DNA of 64,000 bases from Candidatus Multivoradales bacterium. Its GTDB lineage: Bacteria > Acidobacteriota > Thermoanaerobaculia > Multivoradales > JAHEKO01. How positions within the stretch are numbered: position 1 is the first letter of the stretch; every line of letters starts with the position of its first letter. The translations under genes and the position numbers were made by a program. The stretch spans positions 832,001-896,000 of the forward strand of contig CBDCVR010000013.1 of the NCBI GenBank assembly GCA_965223155.1, in the 5' to 3' direction. This document shows, one piece after another, positions 45,938 through 55,966 of the stretch. The notes below the pieces were generated by a model. It did not search any database and was not told the origin of the DNA. It worked only from the letters and a program-made list of their open reading frames with translations.

Positions 45938-47332
45938 CTAGACGTGAATGGCGTGTCCCGCGGCCGCGTGGGCCGCCTCGGCCATCGCCTCCGACAAGGT
46001 CGGATGCGCATGAATCGTGCGAAACAACTCTTCCGTTGTGGATTCGATCTTGAGTGCTACGCAGGCTTCGGCAATGAGGTCCGTCGCCCGGGTTCCGATG
46101 ATGTGGACCCCGAGAAGCTGGTCGTGCCGAGTTTCGCGTACGACCTTGACGAAGCCGGCGGTCTTGCCTTCGATCGCCGCCTTGCCCGAGGCCGAGAACG
46201 GAAACTTGCCAACCGCGACCTCGTAGCCCCGCTCACGAGCTTCGGCTTCGGACAGGCCGACGCTTCCGACCTCGGGCTCGCAATACGTCACCGACGGAAC
46301 CTGGTCGTAGTCGAGCGGCCGGGTCTCGGCTCCGGCCATGTGCTCAGCCGCGACGATGCCCTCGGCCGAGGCGACATGCGCCAACCAACGGGTCGGAACC
46401 ACGTCTCCGATCGCGTAGATCGAAGGCACGGACGTCTGCAAGAACTCGTTGACCGTGACGTAGCCGCGCTCGGTCGCCACGCCGGCCTCGTCCAGCCCCA
46501 GCCCTTCCGTGACCGGCGCACGCCCGATGGCAATCAGGAGTATCTCGGCGGTCACCGGCTCTTGCTTGGCGTTCTTCTCCAGTACCACTTCGACCGCGCC
46601 GCCCCGAACCTCGGCTCCGGCCAACTTGGTCGCGGTCTTGACCTTGATGCCGCGCTTCTTGAAATTGCGAGCCAGCTCCTTCGAGATCTCTTCATCTTCG
46701 AGCGGCAGGATCCTGGGCAACATCTCGACCAGTGTGACCTCGGAGCGAAACGAGCGAAAGATAGACGAGAACTCGCTTCCCACCGCTCCCGATCCGACCA
46801 CAACCAACGACTCGGGGACCCGGTCCACTTCGAGCAGGTGATCGGAGTTGACGATGTGCCGCCCATCGGTTGGCGCCATCGGAATCTCGCGCGGTACCGA
46901 GCCGGTCGCGATGAGGATGTTCTTAGTCTCGATCCGGCGCGTGCCGTCCGGGCTCGCGACCTCGACAACTGAAGGCGAGACGACCCGGCCGAGGCCGTGG
47001 ATCCCTTCGATCTTGTTTTTCTTGAACAGAAATTCGATGCCTTTTGCGTTCTTGTCGACCACGCCGCGCTTGTAGGCCTGGGCGGTCTCGAGCTCGAGCT
47101 CGGGATCGCCCACCGCAACGCCGAAGCGGCCGGCCTCGCGCACCTCTTCGAGCACGTTCGCTGTGTGGAGCAACGCTTTCGTGGGAATGCAGCCTCGGTG
47201 GAGACAGGTCCCGCCGAACTTGGGGTCCTTCTCGACCACGGCTACGTTGAACCCCAGCTGAGCCGCCCGAATGGCGGCCACGTAGCCTCCTGGGCCGCTG
47301 CCGATGACAACCAGGTCCTTCGCGTCGCTCAT
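45938..47332 (-). CDS. lpdA: Dihydrolipoyl dehydrogenase
   Basis: GSGPGG, GGTCLHRGCIP, HAHPTLSE. Confidence 0.95.
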   Translation of the reverse strand: MSDAKDLVVIGSGPGGYVAAIRAAQLGFNVAVVEKDPKFGGTCLHRGCIPTKALLHTANVLEEVREAGRFGVAVGDPELELETAQAYKRGVVDKNAKGIEFLFKKNKIEGIHGLGRVVSPSVVEVASPDGTRRIETKNILIATGSVPREIPMAPTDGRHIVNSDHLLEVDRVPESLVVVGSGAVGSEFSSIFRSFRSEVTLVEMLPRILPLEDEEISKELARNFKKRGIKVKTATKLAGAEVRGGAVEVVLEKNAKQEPVTAEILLIAIGRAPVTEGLGLDEAGVATERGYVTVNEFLQTSVPSIYAIGDVVPTRWLAHVASAEGIVAAEHMAGAETRPLDYDQVPSVTYCEPEVGSVGLSEAEARERGYEVAVGKFPFSASGKAAIEGKTAGFVKVVRETRHDQLLGVHIIGTRATDLIAEACVALKIESTTEELFRTIHAHPTLSEAMAEAAHAAAGHAIHV

Positions 47333-47375
47333 CGTCCCGCTCACTTTATCCCTTCGCGGCCGATCGCCGTCGCTT

Positions 47376-48239
47376 TCATTCGGCCGCCACCGGCTCGACC
47401 GCGAACCGGCCCGGCTTGTCCTCGATGAGGTGCCCGACGGGGACGTCAGGATCGTGCTCGAACACACATAGCCAGCCTTCATCGAAGGCGCGCGGCAGCC
47501 AGCGTTGCTTGTTCTCAAGGGTCTCGACCGGATAGAGATCAAAGCCCATGATCCAGGGAAGCGGCACATGCGCCGTGGTCGGCACGAGATCCGCCCAGTA
47601 GACGGCGCGCTCGGCCCCCGAGCCTCCGGCCCCCCCACCTCGGATACAGACTACGCACATGTCCGCGTTGTGGCCCGACACCTTGACCGCCCGCACGCCG
47701 GGAATCGGTTCCGCCTCCCCATCGAACTCGCGTACCACGCCCGCCTCGAAGAGCGGCTGCCAGTTGCGCTTGTCGTAGCTTGCCCGGTCCCGAAGAGTGG
47801 GATTGCGGGCGTGGGCCAGCTCGCCCCGCTCGATCCAGTAGGTGGCGCGCGGGAAGGTCGGTACGAGCTCGGCACCGTCACTCCGGGTATTCCAGCCGCA
47901 GTGATCGAAATGGAGATGGGTCAGAAGGACATGATCCACGTCCTCCAAGGAGAAGCCGGCCTCCTGGATCGACTCCGGCAGCCTTCGGGCTCCTTCCTCC
48001 AGGCCAAAGATGTCCGCGAACTTCTCGTCGTTCTTGTCCCCAAGACCGGTGTCGATGAGCACTAAGCCGGCCTCGCTCTGAACCAGCAGGCAATTCGTGG
48101 CCATGCGAATCCGGTTGCGCTCGTCCGGAGGGGCGACTCTCTGCCACAGAACCTTCGGCACAACCCCGAACATGGCCCCTCCGTCGAGCCGGAAGCCGCC
48201 GTCGCTGACCACGTGAAGATCGAACTCGCCCAGCCGCAT
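47376..48239 (-). CDS. MBL-fold metallo-hydrolase (YtnP-like)
   Basis: LDGGAMFGVVP, THLHFDHCG, FEHD. Confidence 0.9.
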   Translation of the reverse strand: MRLGEFDLHVVSDGGFRLDGGAMFGVVPKVLWQRVAPPDERNRIRMATNCLLVQSEAGLVLIDTGLGDKNDEKFADIFGLEEGARRLPESIQEAGFSLEDVDHVLLTHLHFDHCGWNTRSDGAELVPTFPRATYWIERGELAHARNPTLRDRASYDKRNWQPLFEAGVVREFDGEAEPIPGVRAVKVSGHNADMCVVCIRGGGAGGSGAERAVYWADLVPTTAHVPLPWIMGFDLYPVETLENKQRWLPRAFDEGWLCVFEHDPDVPVGHLIEDKPGRFAVEPVAAE

Positions 48240-48318
48240 CGGGAGCGAGAGTCTATCGAACCCGGCGGGAGGCCGGTTTGACCCGTACCGGCTCGGAAGA
48301 GGACAATCCGACCGCGTC

Positions 48319-49500
48319 ATGCGAGACCACACCGCAGCCGATCCGCCCGGCGAAGTCGCCCTCGTCCTGACCGGAGGTGGGGCCCGCGCCGCCTACCAGG
48401 TCGGCTTCCTGCGGTGCCTCGCGAACCATATGCCCGAGGCCCGGATCCCGATCATCACCGGCGTCTCGGCCGGCGCCATCAACGCCGTCTACCTGGCCTC
48501 GCACCGAGGCAACCTGCGCGAAGCTGCCGACGGCCTCTCGGCCCTGTGGGAGTCCCTGGATCCCGAGGACATCTACCGGGTAGGCACCTGGCATCTCTTC
48601 GGCAACATGATGCGCTGGGGCTTGCGCCTGCTTTCGGGTGGCTCGAAGGCCGCGCCGGAGCCCGACAGCCTGCTCGACGTCACCCCGCTACGGAACTTCC
48701 TGCGGGTGGCCCTCGACACCGTCGATGGCCCCATCGAAGGAATCGAGCAGAATCTCGAAAGCGGCGAGCTTCGGGCCGTGGCGCTGTCAACCCTGCGCTA
48801 CGCTACCGGTCAGACCATCACCTGGGTTCAGGGCCGGGACTTCGATGCTTGGGAACGGCCCCGGCGCCGCGGCGTCAAGTCGCGGCTGACCATCGAGCAC
48901 GTGATGGCCTCCGCCGCCTTGCCGCTGATGTTTCCGGCGGTCGAGATCGGAGACTCCTGGTACGGAGACGGCGGCATCCGGCTGTCCTCGCCGCTGGCGC
49001 CGGCCATCCACCTCGGCGCTGACCGCATCTTGGCGATCTCGACCAAGCAGAGGAAGGACTTCACCGAGGCCGACGACCCGGACTTTACCGGCTACCCACC
49101 ACCGGCCCAGGTCGCGGGCACCATGCTCAACGCCGTCTTCCTGGACGCCATCGATCAGGACGCCGCCAACCTGCGACGGATCAACCGCATGCTCGAGCAC
49201 CTGCCCGAGCACCGGTACGGTCAGCTCCGGCCGATCCAAACTCTGGTGCTACGGCCCTCGGTGGACCTGGGACGCCTGGCGGCCAAGTTTGAGGCCAAGC
49301 TCCCAGGCGCCTTCCGCTTTCTGACCCGCGGTTGGGGCACCAAGGAAACCAGCAGCCCAGACTTCCTGAGTCTTCTGATGTTCCAGAGCGACTACCTGTG
49401 CGAGCTCATGAGAATCGGCCAGCGCGACGCCGAAACCAGGCTGGACGAGATCCGGGAGCTGTTCGCGCCGCTACCGGGCGCCTCAGCCAAGGACGCCTGA
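48319..49500 (+). CDS. Patatin-like phospholipase
   Basis: GGGARA, GVSAG, DGG. Confidence 0.9.
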   Translation: MRDHTAADPPGEVALVLTGGGARAAYQVGFLRCLANHMPEARIPIITGVSAGAINAVYLASHRGNLREAADGLSALWESLDPEDIYRVGTWHLFGNMMRWGLRLLSGGSKAAPEPDSLLDVTPLRNFLRVALDTVDGPIEGIEQNLESGELRAVALSTLRYATGQTITWVQGRDFDAWERPRRRGVKSRLTIEHVMASAALPLMFPAVEIGDSWYGDGGIRLSSPLAPAIHLGADRILAISTKQRKDFTEADDPDFTGYPPPAQVAGTMLNAVFLDAIDQDAANLRRINRMLEHLPEHRYGQLRPIQTLVLRPSVDLGRLAAKFEAKLPGAFRFLTRGWGTKETSSPDFLSLLMFQSDYLCELMRIGQRDAETRLDEIRELFAPLPGASAKDA

Positions 49501-49645
49501 AGAACCGCTTCCCAGTCGCCGCCGTCCTAGCCAAAGCGTGCCCGTGCCGTGACCGTTCCACGCAACAGACTCCAGAAAACGGGAGCGAGCTTCGAGAGAC
49601 TCGCTTCCGGCCACCACTCGTATCGTCTACCTCGAGTACCACTTT

Positions 49646-50105
49646 GTGAACCACGCCAGACGCTTCCGATTCCTGCTCCTACCAATCTTCCTGGCCGGCT
49701 GCGCGTCACAGCCCGAGCGGCCGGTCGCGGTAGTGCCGGAAGCGCTCGCTCGCATCGCGGACCAGCTCCACGTCTCTCCGGCGGTCATCGACGGCGACCG
49801 TGTCTTCGTTTCCGGGGTCGTCGCGGTCCTGCGCGAGCCTGGCGCCGCCGGCCTGGAAGCGGCCTTCGTCGCCGCCTTCGAGCGCATCGGCCGGATCCTC
49901 GCCGAAGCCGGCGCCTCGGGGCGGGACGTGGTCGATATGACCACGTACCACGTCGACCTGGACGGGCGGAAGACGCTCTTTCTGGAAGTCAAGGATCGCT
50001 ACCCTTGCCAGCAAGCCATACCCAGCCTGGACGGCGATCGACATCGAAGGCCTGTGGACCGCAGAGGCCATCACCGAGATCAAGGTCGTCGCCCGGCCGC
50101 GCTGA
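49646..50105 (+). pseudogene. RidA-family lipoprotein with a one-base insertion near 50003
   Basis: Lipobox LAGC; SPAV..GD.VFVSG; the shifted frame gives the expected PYPAWTAI...EIKVVARPR* ending at 50105. Confidence 0.8.
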
Positions 50106-50174
50106 GCTTGACCAGACCGGAAGAGACCGGCAGTCGACGGCTACGCGCCGCCGACTCAGCAGCTCCGCTCGCGG

Positions 50175-50648
50175 CTACCCGTCCCGGCCGCCGCTGCCCC
50201 CGTCCGGATCGGTAGGCTCCTTCTCCGGAGGATCCGCACCGGCGGTGGTGCAAGGGCCACAGGACTCCTTATAGTTCGTATAGGTGTCGCGACCGTCACC
50301 ACCCGCGCAGTCCCGCTTCTTGTACGTACACACCTCGAGTCCCTGCCCCCCTTCCGGGAGCGAGCAAGGACGGGTGAACGTACCCTCCTCGAAGCCGGTC
50401 TGCCAATCCCCGGGATTGCAGTCTTCCGGCTCCGGAGCTTCCAAAGCTCCCTCGTCTCCGGCGCCTTCGACTTCGGCCGTGGGTCCGGAGTCCCCGGCCA
50501 ACTCGCCCGCGGGAGCGGTGCCTCCGGCCGGAGTCTCGGCCCCGACCTCGAGAGAGACTTCGCCGGCGGACTGGGTGTCGTCACAGGCGGCGAGGCCGAA
50601 CAGCAGTAGGAGCGATCCGCAAATTCGTAAGATTCTTTGTTGTTTCAT
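50175..50648 (-). CDS. Hypothetical lipoprotein with Cys-rich C-terminal domain
   Basis: Lipobox LAAC; acidic linker; six Cys in about 60 aa. Confidence 0.65.
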   Translation of the reverse strand: MKQQRILRICGSLLLLFGLAACDDTQSAGEVSLEVGAETPAGGTAPAGELAGDSGPTAEVEGAGDEGALEAPEPEDCNPGDWQTGFEEGTFTRPCSLPEGGQGLEVCTYKKRDCAGGDGRDTYTNYKESCGPCTTAGADPPEKEPTDPDGGSGGRDG

Positions 50649-50788
50649 GTGCCGAAGCATACCAAACGCCGCTCACCGTCTACCCAGCCTCACGTGCACG
50701 CTCGTCCGGGTTCACCGAGAGCCGAAAACCTTGCGGTGATTCCCGAGAACGCGGTACGATCCCGCCGTCAACCGTAAGGAGGTGCGCA

Positions 50789-51184
50789 ATGTCGCAACGC
50801 TCGATTCTCGCCGCGATCGCGGGCGCGATCACCCTGTTTGTGCTCGGATTCGTGATCTACGCTGTCGTCCTCAAGGACTTCTTCGCCTCCAACGGCGCCG
50901 CCGTCGTGGAGGCTCCGGTCTACTGGGCCATCGCCCTGGGCGAGCTCGCCTTCGGCGTCCTGCTCGCCTACATCTTTAGCCGCTGGGCCTCGATCAGCAC
51001 CTTTGCCGGCGGATTCCAGGGCGGAGCCGTCCTCGGCGCACTCATCGCCCTGGGCATCGGGCTGGTTCAATTCGGCGCCCTGGGCGGGCCGAACCTGACC
51101 GCGGTCATCGCGGACACTGTCGTCTCGGCGGTTCGGGTCGGGATCGCGGGCGGCGTAGTCGGCATGGTTCTCGGCCGCGACTAG
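50789..51184 (+). CDS. Small 4-TM membrane protein (DUF1761-like)
   Basis: TAAGGAGGT RBS; four hydrophobic helices. Confidence 0.75.
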   Translation: MSQRSILAAIAGAITLFVLGFVIYAVVLKDFFASNGAAVVEAPVYWAIALGELAFGVLLAYIFSRWASISTFAGGFQGGAVLGALIALGIGLVQFGALGGPNLTAVIADTVVSAVRVGIAGGVVGMVLGRD

Positions 51185-51195
51185 GGCCTCGTCGG

Positions 51196-51909
51196 CTAGC
51201 GCAGCTCAAAGCGCACGGTCAGCGTGTAGCGGACGGCGATTGGCCGCCCGTCGAAGGTAGCCGGCTCGAAGCGCCAGCCGCTGACCGCGGCGACCGCCGC
51301 CTCGGTCAGCCCGAAGCGCAGTCCCTTGAGGACCTCGAGATCGGTGACGCGACCGTCGGTTGCGATGACCGCGTCGAGAATGACCACGCCGCGCTCCCGA
51401 ACCCGCCGGGCCGCCTCGGTGTAGGCGGGCTCCGCGCCAGACTGCCGAACCGGACGCTTCATGTCGCCGCGAAATCGAACCGGAGCCTCCGTGACCGGAG
51501 GCGGATCCGGAATCGCCGCCTGAGCGATCGTAGGAACAGCCGGGATCGCCACCGGTACCGGCTCGAACCTCGGGACATCGGGCTCGGGCGCCGGCGGCTC
51601 CGCTGGCAGCAGTTCGGCCGGCACCGGGATCTTGACCGGCGACTCGATCGGTTGCCGTTCCGATTCGACGACCGGCAACGGCTCCTTCTCCTTGAGCGCC
51701 ACGCGAGTGGTCGGAAAAATGACGGCCTCGACCTTGGGTGGGAGGACCGTTTCCTCTTGGACCCAGCGGACTACGAAGAGCCCAGCGTGGAGCACCGCCG
51801 CAAGCGACAGAGCCACCTTCCAACGCTCGCGATCCTCGCGGCGATCCGACTCGATCGCGGGCGCCCAGTCCGGTGTCGGCGATTGTCTCGGCGGTCGGCT
51901 CCTGCGCAT
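51196..51909 (-). CDS. TonB-family energy transducer
   Basis: TM with S...H (SLAAVLH), Pro-rich linker, TonB-C PAYTEAAR...WRFEPA. Confidence 0.88.
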   Translation of the reverse strand: MRRSRPPRQSPTPDWAPAIESDRREDRERWKVALSLAAVLHAGLFVVRWVQEETVLPPKVEAVIFPTTRVALKEKEPLPVVESERQPIESPVKIPVPAELLPAEPPAPEPDVPRFEPVPVAIPAVPTIAQAAIPDPPPVTEAPVRFRGDMKRPVRQSGAEPAYTEAARRVRERGVVILDAVIATDGRVTDLEVLKGLRFGLTEAAVAAVSGWRFEPATFDGRPIAVRYTLTVRFELR

Positions 51910-52202
51910 CGTGACGTCTCCCTTCTCTGAGTTGGACACGGCGGGAGCCTGCGGGGTTCCGGCCCAGGCATCACACTGCGCAAGGAAGACTTCCGACTAG
52001 ATCGCCGCTGAAGCCCTCAGATCAAAGACGCCGCCAGCGAACATCTTGCTCGACGGTTTCGATGAGATCTCCCGCAACTGGTCCCAACGATCAACCACCT
52101 GTCCCCGCGCGTCGGCGGCCGAAGCGGCCCCCGTATTGCTTTCTGGGACAACCTTCTGCCGGGCGTAGCCCACCTCGCAACCGGTGCTCGGGAGCAGGCC
52201 GA

Positions 52203-53023
52203 CTAGGGCCTGTTAACACTTAAGGGTTAGGATCGTATAAGCTCCGTGCATGGAAATCACGGAGAAACAGTACGAGCGCATTGCAGATTGCTTTCCAGTG
52301 CAGCGAGGCAACGTCAGCGTGCCGAATGTTCAAGTGCTGAACGCAATTCTCTACGTTGCCGAACACGGCTGCAAGTGGCGCGGGCTCCCGAAACGATTCG
52401 GGAATTGGCACACGATCTACACTCGCATGAACCGTTGGTCCAAGAACGGCGTGTTGGATCGGGTGTTCGCGCGGCTCCAAGAGGAGCAGATCGTGCGAGT
52501 CAAGATCGAGGCCGTGTCACTTGACAGCACGATCGTGCGGGTTCACCCCGACGGTACGGGAGCATTAAAAAAAACGGCCCCCAGGCCATTGGAAAGTCCC
52601 GCGGTGGATGGACCACCAAGATTCATATGGTTGCCGCAGATGCTCGAACAGCCATCACCTTCTGCCTCTCGCCCGGCCAAGCGCACGATGCGCCCGTCGG
52701 CCGATGCTTGCTGAAAGACCTGGGCCGACCGAAGCAACCGATCGCGCTTGTCATGGACCGAGCCTACGAAGGCAACGAAACCCGACAACTCGCTCTGAAT
52801 CTCGGCTATACCCCTGTCGTGCCACCCTTGAGCACTCGCCTTCGGCCCTGGGCCTACGACCGGCTCCTCTACAAACGTCGCAACGAGATCGAACGGCTCT
52901 TTCGCCGGCTCAAAGGCTACCGGCGCATCTTTTCCAGATTCGAGAAGCTCGACGTCATGTACATCGCCTTCATCCATTTCGCCCTCATCGCTGATGCACT
53001 GCGACAGTGTTAACACGCCCTAG
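52203..53023 (+). mobile_element. IS5-family insertion sequence (IS427-like group)
   Basis: Terminal IRs CTAGGGCCTGTTAACACT / AGTGTTAACACGCCCTAG (1 mismatch); CTAG at both ends; two-ORF transposase. Confidence 0.93.
52250..53013 (+). CDS. IS5 transposase (orfA/orfB joined by -1 frameshift at A8, 52567-52574)
   Basis: GCKWRGLP..FG.W.T.Y.R..RW, DST; -1 frame G.SRGGWTTKIH, DRAY, RNEIERLF..LK..R. Confidence 0.9.
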
Positions 53024-53465
53024 TCCTTCAAAGCTGCCCGCGAGATCGCCCGGCAGGGAGTCGTCATCATTCCGCAGAACCAGTTCCTTTCGCGGCCCTG
53101 GCGTTCTCGGAGGCCATGCTGGACAACCGGCAGGCCACCCTGGGTGCAATCGACCGCGCCGCGGAGTTGCTGGCCCCCGATCGCTTCGTGGCGCCACAGT
53201 TCGACGAATCTCGCGCCGAGACGAGGAAGAGGCCGGAGACTTCATCGAGCAGAGGCCGGGGCGCTGCTACGACGAACCACTAAGGATCCTCGTGCTACGA
53301 CCCAACCCTCCACGGGATCCGCTACGGGACTACCCGCGCTTCGAAGGTCTGGTCGACCGGCGATCGGCCCAAGAAGGCCGCCGCCACCCAGCCACTCCGC
53401 GATCTCGGGCCGACGAAGCAAGGTCAAGCTCGAGAGTCCAGCTGGCGGCTACATGCCACATCAAT

Positions 53466-54776
53466 CTAGCCGGGACAAGGCGACCAAGACAAGGGCACCA
53501 TCTTCTCAGCCGTTTCCAGGAAGATCAGGGCTCGGAACTCGTCCCGAGGGACCATGACGCGTCCGTTGACTTCCTGTGGGGTGCCATGTGGGAAGAACGG
53601 CTCGGACGTTCCCGGGAAGTCGAGATCGATCAGAAGGAAGGGTTCTTCCAACTCGTGCAGCTTTCCCTCGAGCGACGACGGACTGGCGACGCCGGTCGAG
53701 CCACAACCGACCCCGGGCCAGTCGATGTGGCTTTCATAGGCGACGAGACCTAGCGCCTCGTACTCCGCACCCAGTTCTCCTTTCAGGACGGATCCCATCG
53801 GCAGGATGCCCGACGCGGTACCGAAGTAGGTCCCGCCCGACGAGATATGGCTGTTATGGGCCCAGAGAGCCGTTTTCGCGCCGGGAAAGCGGATCTCGCG
53901 AATCGCGGCGGCGATGTATGCCATTCCCCGATCCCGTTCGCCAAACGCACGTGCAGGTTCGGTTTCCCGGAAGAACTCTTCGAGGTGCCACGATCGAAGG
54001 CCCACGATGTGGATCCGAGCCCATTCGATGTCCGCGGCCGTCGCCTTTCGCGCACGGACGAGGCGCCCACCGCGGCGATCCAGAAACTTCCAGCCCCGTG
54101 TCAGAGCTTGGAGACAGCGCCTGTTCTCGGCATCTGAGATTGCCCTGCTCCTCGAGAAGTAGAGACTGGCGCTTCGTGCGGTCGCGCCAGCGCATTCATC
54201 CAGCCATCTGACTTTTCGGTTGGCGGCTCCCACTCCGAACTGCTGCAGCAGCAGCTTCAAGCGCGGCGCATCGTCCCAGCCCTGCTGATGGTCAAAACCG
54301 TAGAAGTGCAGCGGATCTCCGGGGTTCCTCTGGTTGTACCGACACATCCAGAGAACAAGATCTCGCACGCTCTCGTTCTGCCACACACCGAACAAGCCCC
54401 CGATTGCCGCCTCCGGCGTGCCCTCGCAGGTCTCGACATACGTCGCGACGCTCTCGGCGCGGATCCACGGGCTCTCGAAGCCAAACACCCGGTAGCCATG
54501 TCGGGTTACCAAGTACTTGAAGAGTCTGAACTTGGCTCGTGAGAAGCCGCGCGTCGTGTGCACGTCCTCGCCAAGGCCCAAGACCTTGACGCCTCGAACG
54601 ATCTTCTTCAGAGGGTTGAGATCGCTCACGGCCAGCGTCTCTTCGATACCGTCGAGCCGGTAGATGCCCGGCAGGATTTCCTCATTCGCCTGCACCGACG
54701 TCGCGGAGATTCCACCCAAAGACATAGCCAAAGCGAGGACCAGGAGCCGGGCAAGAAAACCAGGGGCTGATCGCAT
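53466..54776 (-). CDS. Secreted erythromycin-esterase family protein
   Basis: LGLGEDVH, FGFES, FYGFD, RDRGMA, LWAHNSH; GGAGGAGGT RBS. Confidence 0.85.
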   Translation of the reverse strand: MRSAPGFLARLLVLALAMSLGGISATSVQANEEILPGIYRLDGIEETLAVSDLNPLKKIVRGVKVLGLGEDVHTTRGFSRAKFRLFKYLVTRHGYRVFGFESPWIRAESVATYVETCEGTPEAAIGGLFGVWQNESVRDLVLWMCRYNQRNPGDPLHFYGFDHQQGWDDAPRLKLLLQQFGVGAANRKVRWLDECAGATARSASLYFSRSRAISDAENRRCLQALTRGWKFLDRRGGRLVRARKATAADIEWARIHIVGLRSWHLEEFFRETEPARAFGERDRGMAYIAAAIREIRFPGAKTALWAHNSHISSGGTYFGTASGILPMGSVLKGELGAEYEALGLVAYESHIDWPGVGCGSTGVASPSSLEGKLHELEEPFLLIDLDFPGTSEPFFPHGTPQEVNGRVMVPRDEFRALIFLETAEKMVPLSWSPCPG

Positions 54777-54995
54777 CGAAACCTCCTCCTTCGGACGTCG
54801 ATTGACTTCTTCCTCCCAGAAGCAAGAACCGCGCCGAACCTGCGGAACTGGTCAAGCGACACGACCGCGCATGCCCTGCGGATCGGGTTCCGGTCACTCG
54901 GCCGGCCGGCGGCCGACCTCGTCCTCGACCGAGGACGACGACCGGATCGACTTCGGGCGCGAGCCACCTCTCGAGTCGTATCGCTGCAGCGGCCG

Positions 54996-55769
54996 CTACT
55001 CGGTCGGCCGCCGCTCTTCCCACCGAGTCTCTGCCCACTGCTCGAGACCGTGCTGTGTCCGGTAGTGATAGGCGAACTTCTTCGCCTTGGCATCACCCGC
55101 CAACCATCGAATCGGCAGAGTGAGACACCCTGGCGGCTTGTCGGACTCCGGGCGCCCGCCGGCGGTCAACGCCGACAAGTCGCTCAGCGTCTTGAAGGCC
55201 GCGAAGACCAGGAAAAAGCCTCGCGGTCCCCCAAACCACTCCATCCCCACCATGCCGAAAATGATGGTCGCGTGCACAACAACTACCCGACCGAGGACCC
55301 GGCTCGCAAGACGCCGGATCCAGGCGAACTTGCGCGAGCCGATGCCGACCGCGTCGTAGCCGAACCCTCCAAGGAGCAACAGTGCGACGATTCCCAGTCC
55401 CCGGACCAGGGCGCCCGCATCGACACCCGCCGCCTCCGGAAACTCATTGGGGATCGCTAGAAACAGGACCGCGGCGAGAAACACCGCGTGGCCACCGGTG
55501 AAGATGAGCCCCGTGCTCAGAAACTCCGAAAGGAAATCCCCGCTTCCCGCCTTGCGGAAACCGGAGGAAAGGCTCGCCTCCCAATGCCCCCGCTTCCGGG
55601 TCGCCCGCCGGTGCAGCCAACCACGGAGTCCGACGAGGAGAATGAGGAGTACGTTCTCGCACCAGTAGAGCGCCAGCGCTGTCGAGGCACTCCAATTCGC
55701 CGCCAGCACTCCGAAGGCGGGCACCGAATTGACGCCGAGCACCTGAACGAGGCGAACGCTCCAGCCCAT
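54996..55769 (-). CDS. DUF6498-like membrane protein
   Basis: N.VP.FGVL...WS....L.LYW.EN, H..FL, RVVVVH.TII.G. Confidence 0.65.
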   Translation of the reverse strand: MGWSVRLVQVLGVNSVPAFGVLAANWSASTALALYWCENVLLILLVGLRGWLHRRATRKRGHWEASLSSGFRKAGSGDFLSEFLSTGLIFTGGHAVFLAAVLFLAIPNEFPEAAGVDAGALVRGLGIVALLLLGGFGYDAVGIGSRKFAWIRRLASRVLGRVVVVHATIIFGMVGMEWFGGPRGFFLVFAAFKTLSDLSALTAGGRPESDKPPGCLTLPIRWLAGDAKAKKFAYHYRTQHGLEQWAETRWEERRPTE

Positions 55770-55966
55770 GGACCGCGCCAGCGTACCTCACCCCCGTGGT
55801 GGGATCTTGGATCGATGTTCTCGAACCCGAAGCCGGCTGCTGTGATCCATCCAGCGTCAGAGACGCACGAAGGCATGGAGCCGCTGGGCGACGAAACCGG
55901 AAGACCGTAGAATCTCTCGAGAGCAAGCACCCCAGTCGCGTCAGCGCTAAGATTCCCTCGAGACCG

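Larger units (their letters stand above)
52100..53365 (+). pseudogene. Decayed TPR-type gene remnant interrupted by IS5
   Basis: Frame continues across the IS (GVAHLATGAREQAD*SFKAAREIAR); frameshifted pieces AALAFSEAML..AIDRAAELL and DPLRDYPRFEGLV; boundaries approximate. Confidence 0.55.

Noticed and set aside
49575-49609. Hairpin with minus-strand U-tract between patatin and RidA
   Set aside because: Plausible terminator, but its orientation does not match an adjacent gene end, so it cannot be assigned.
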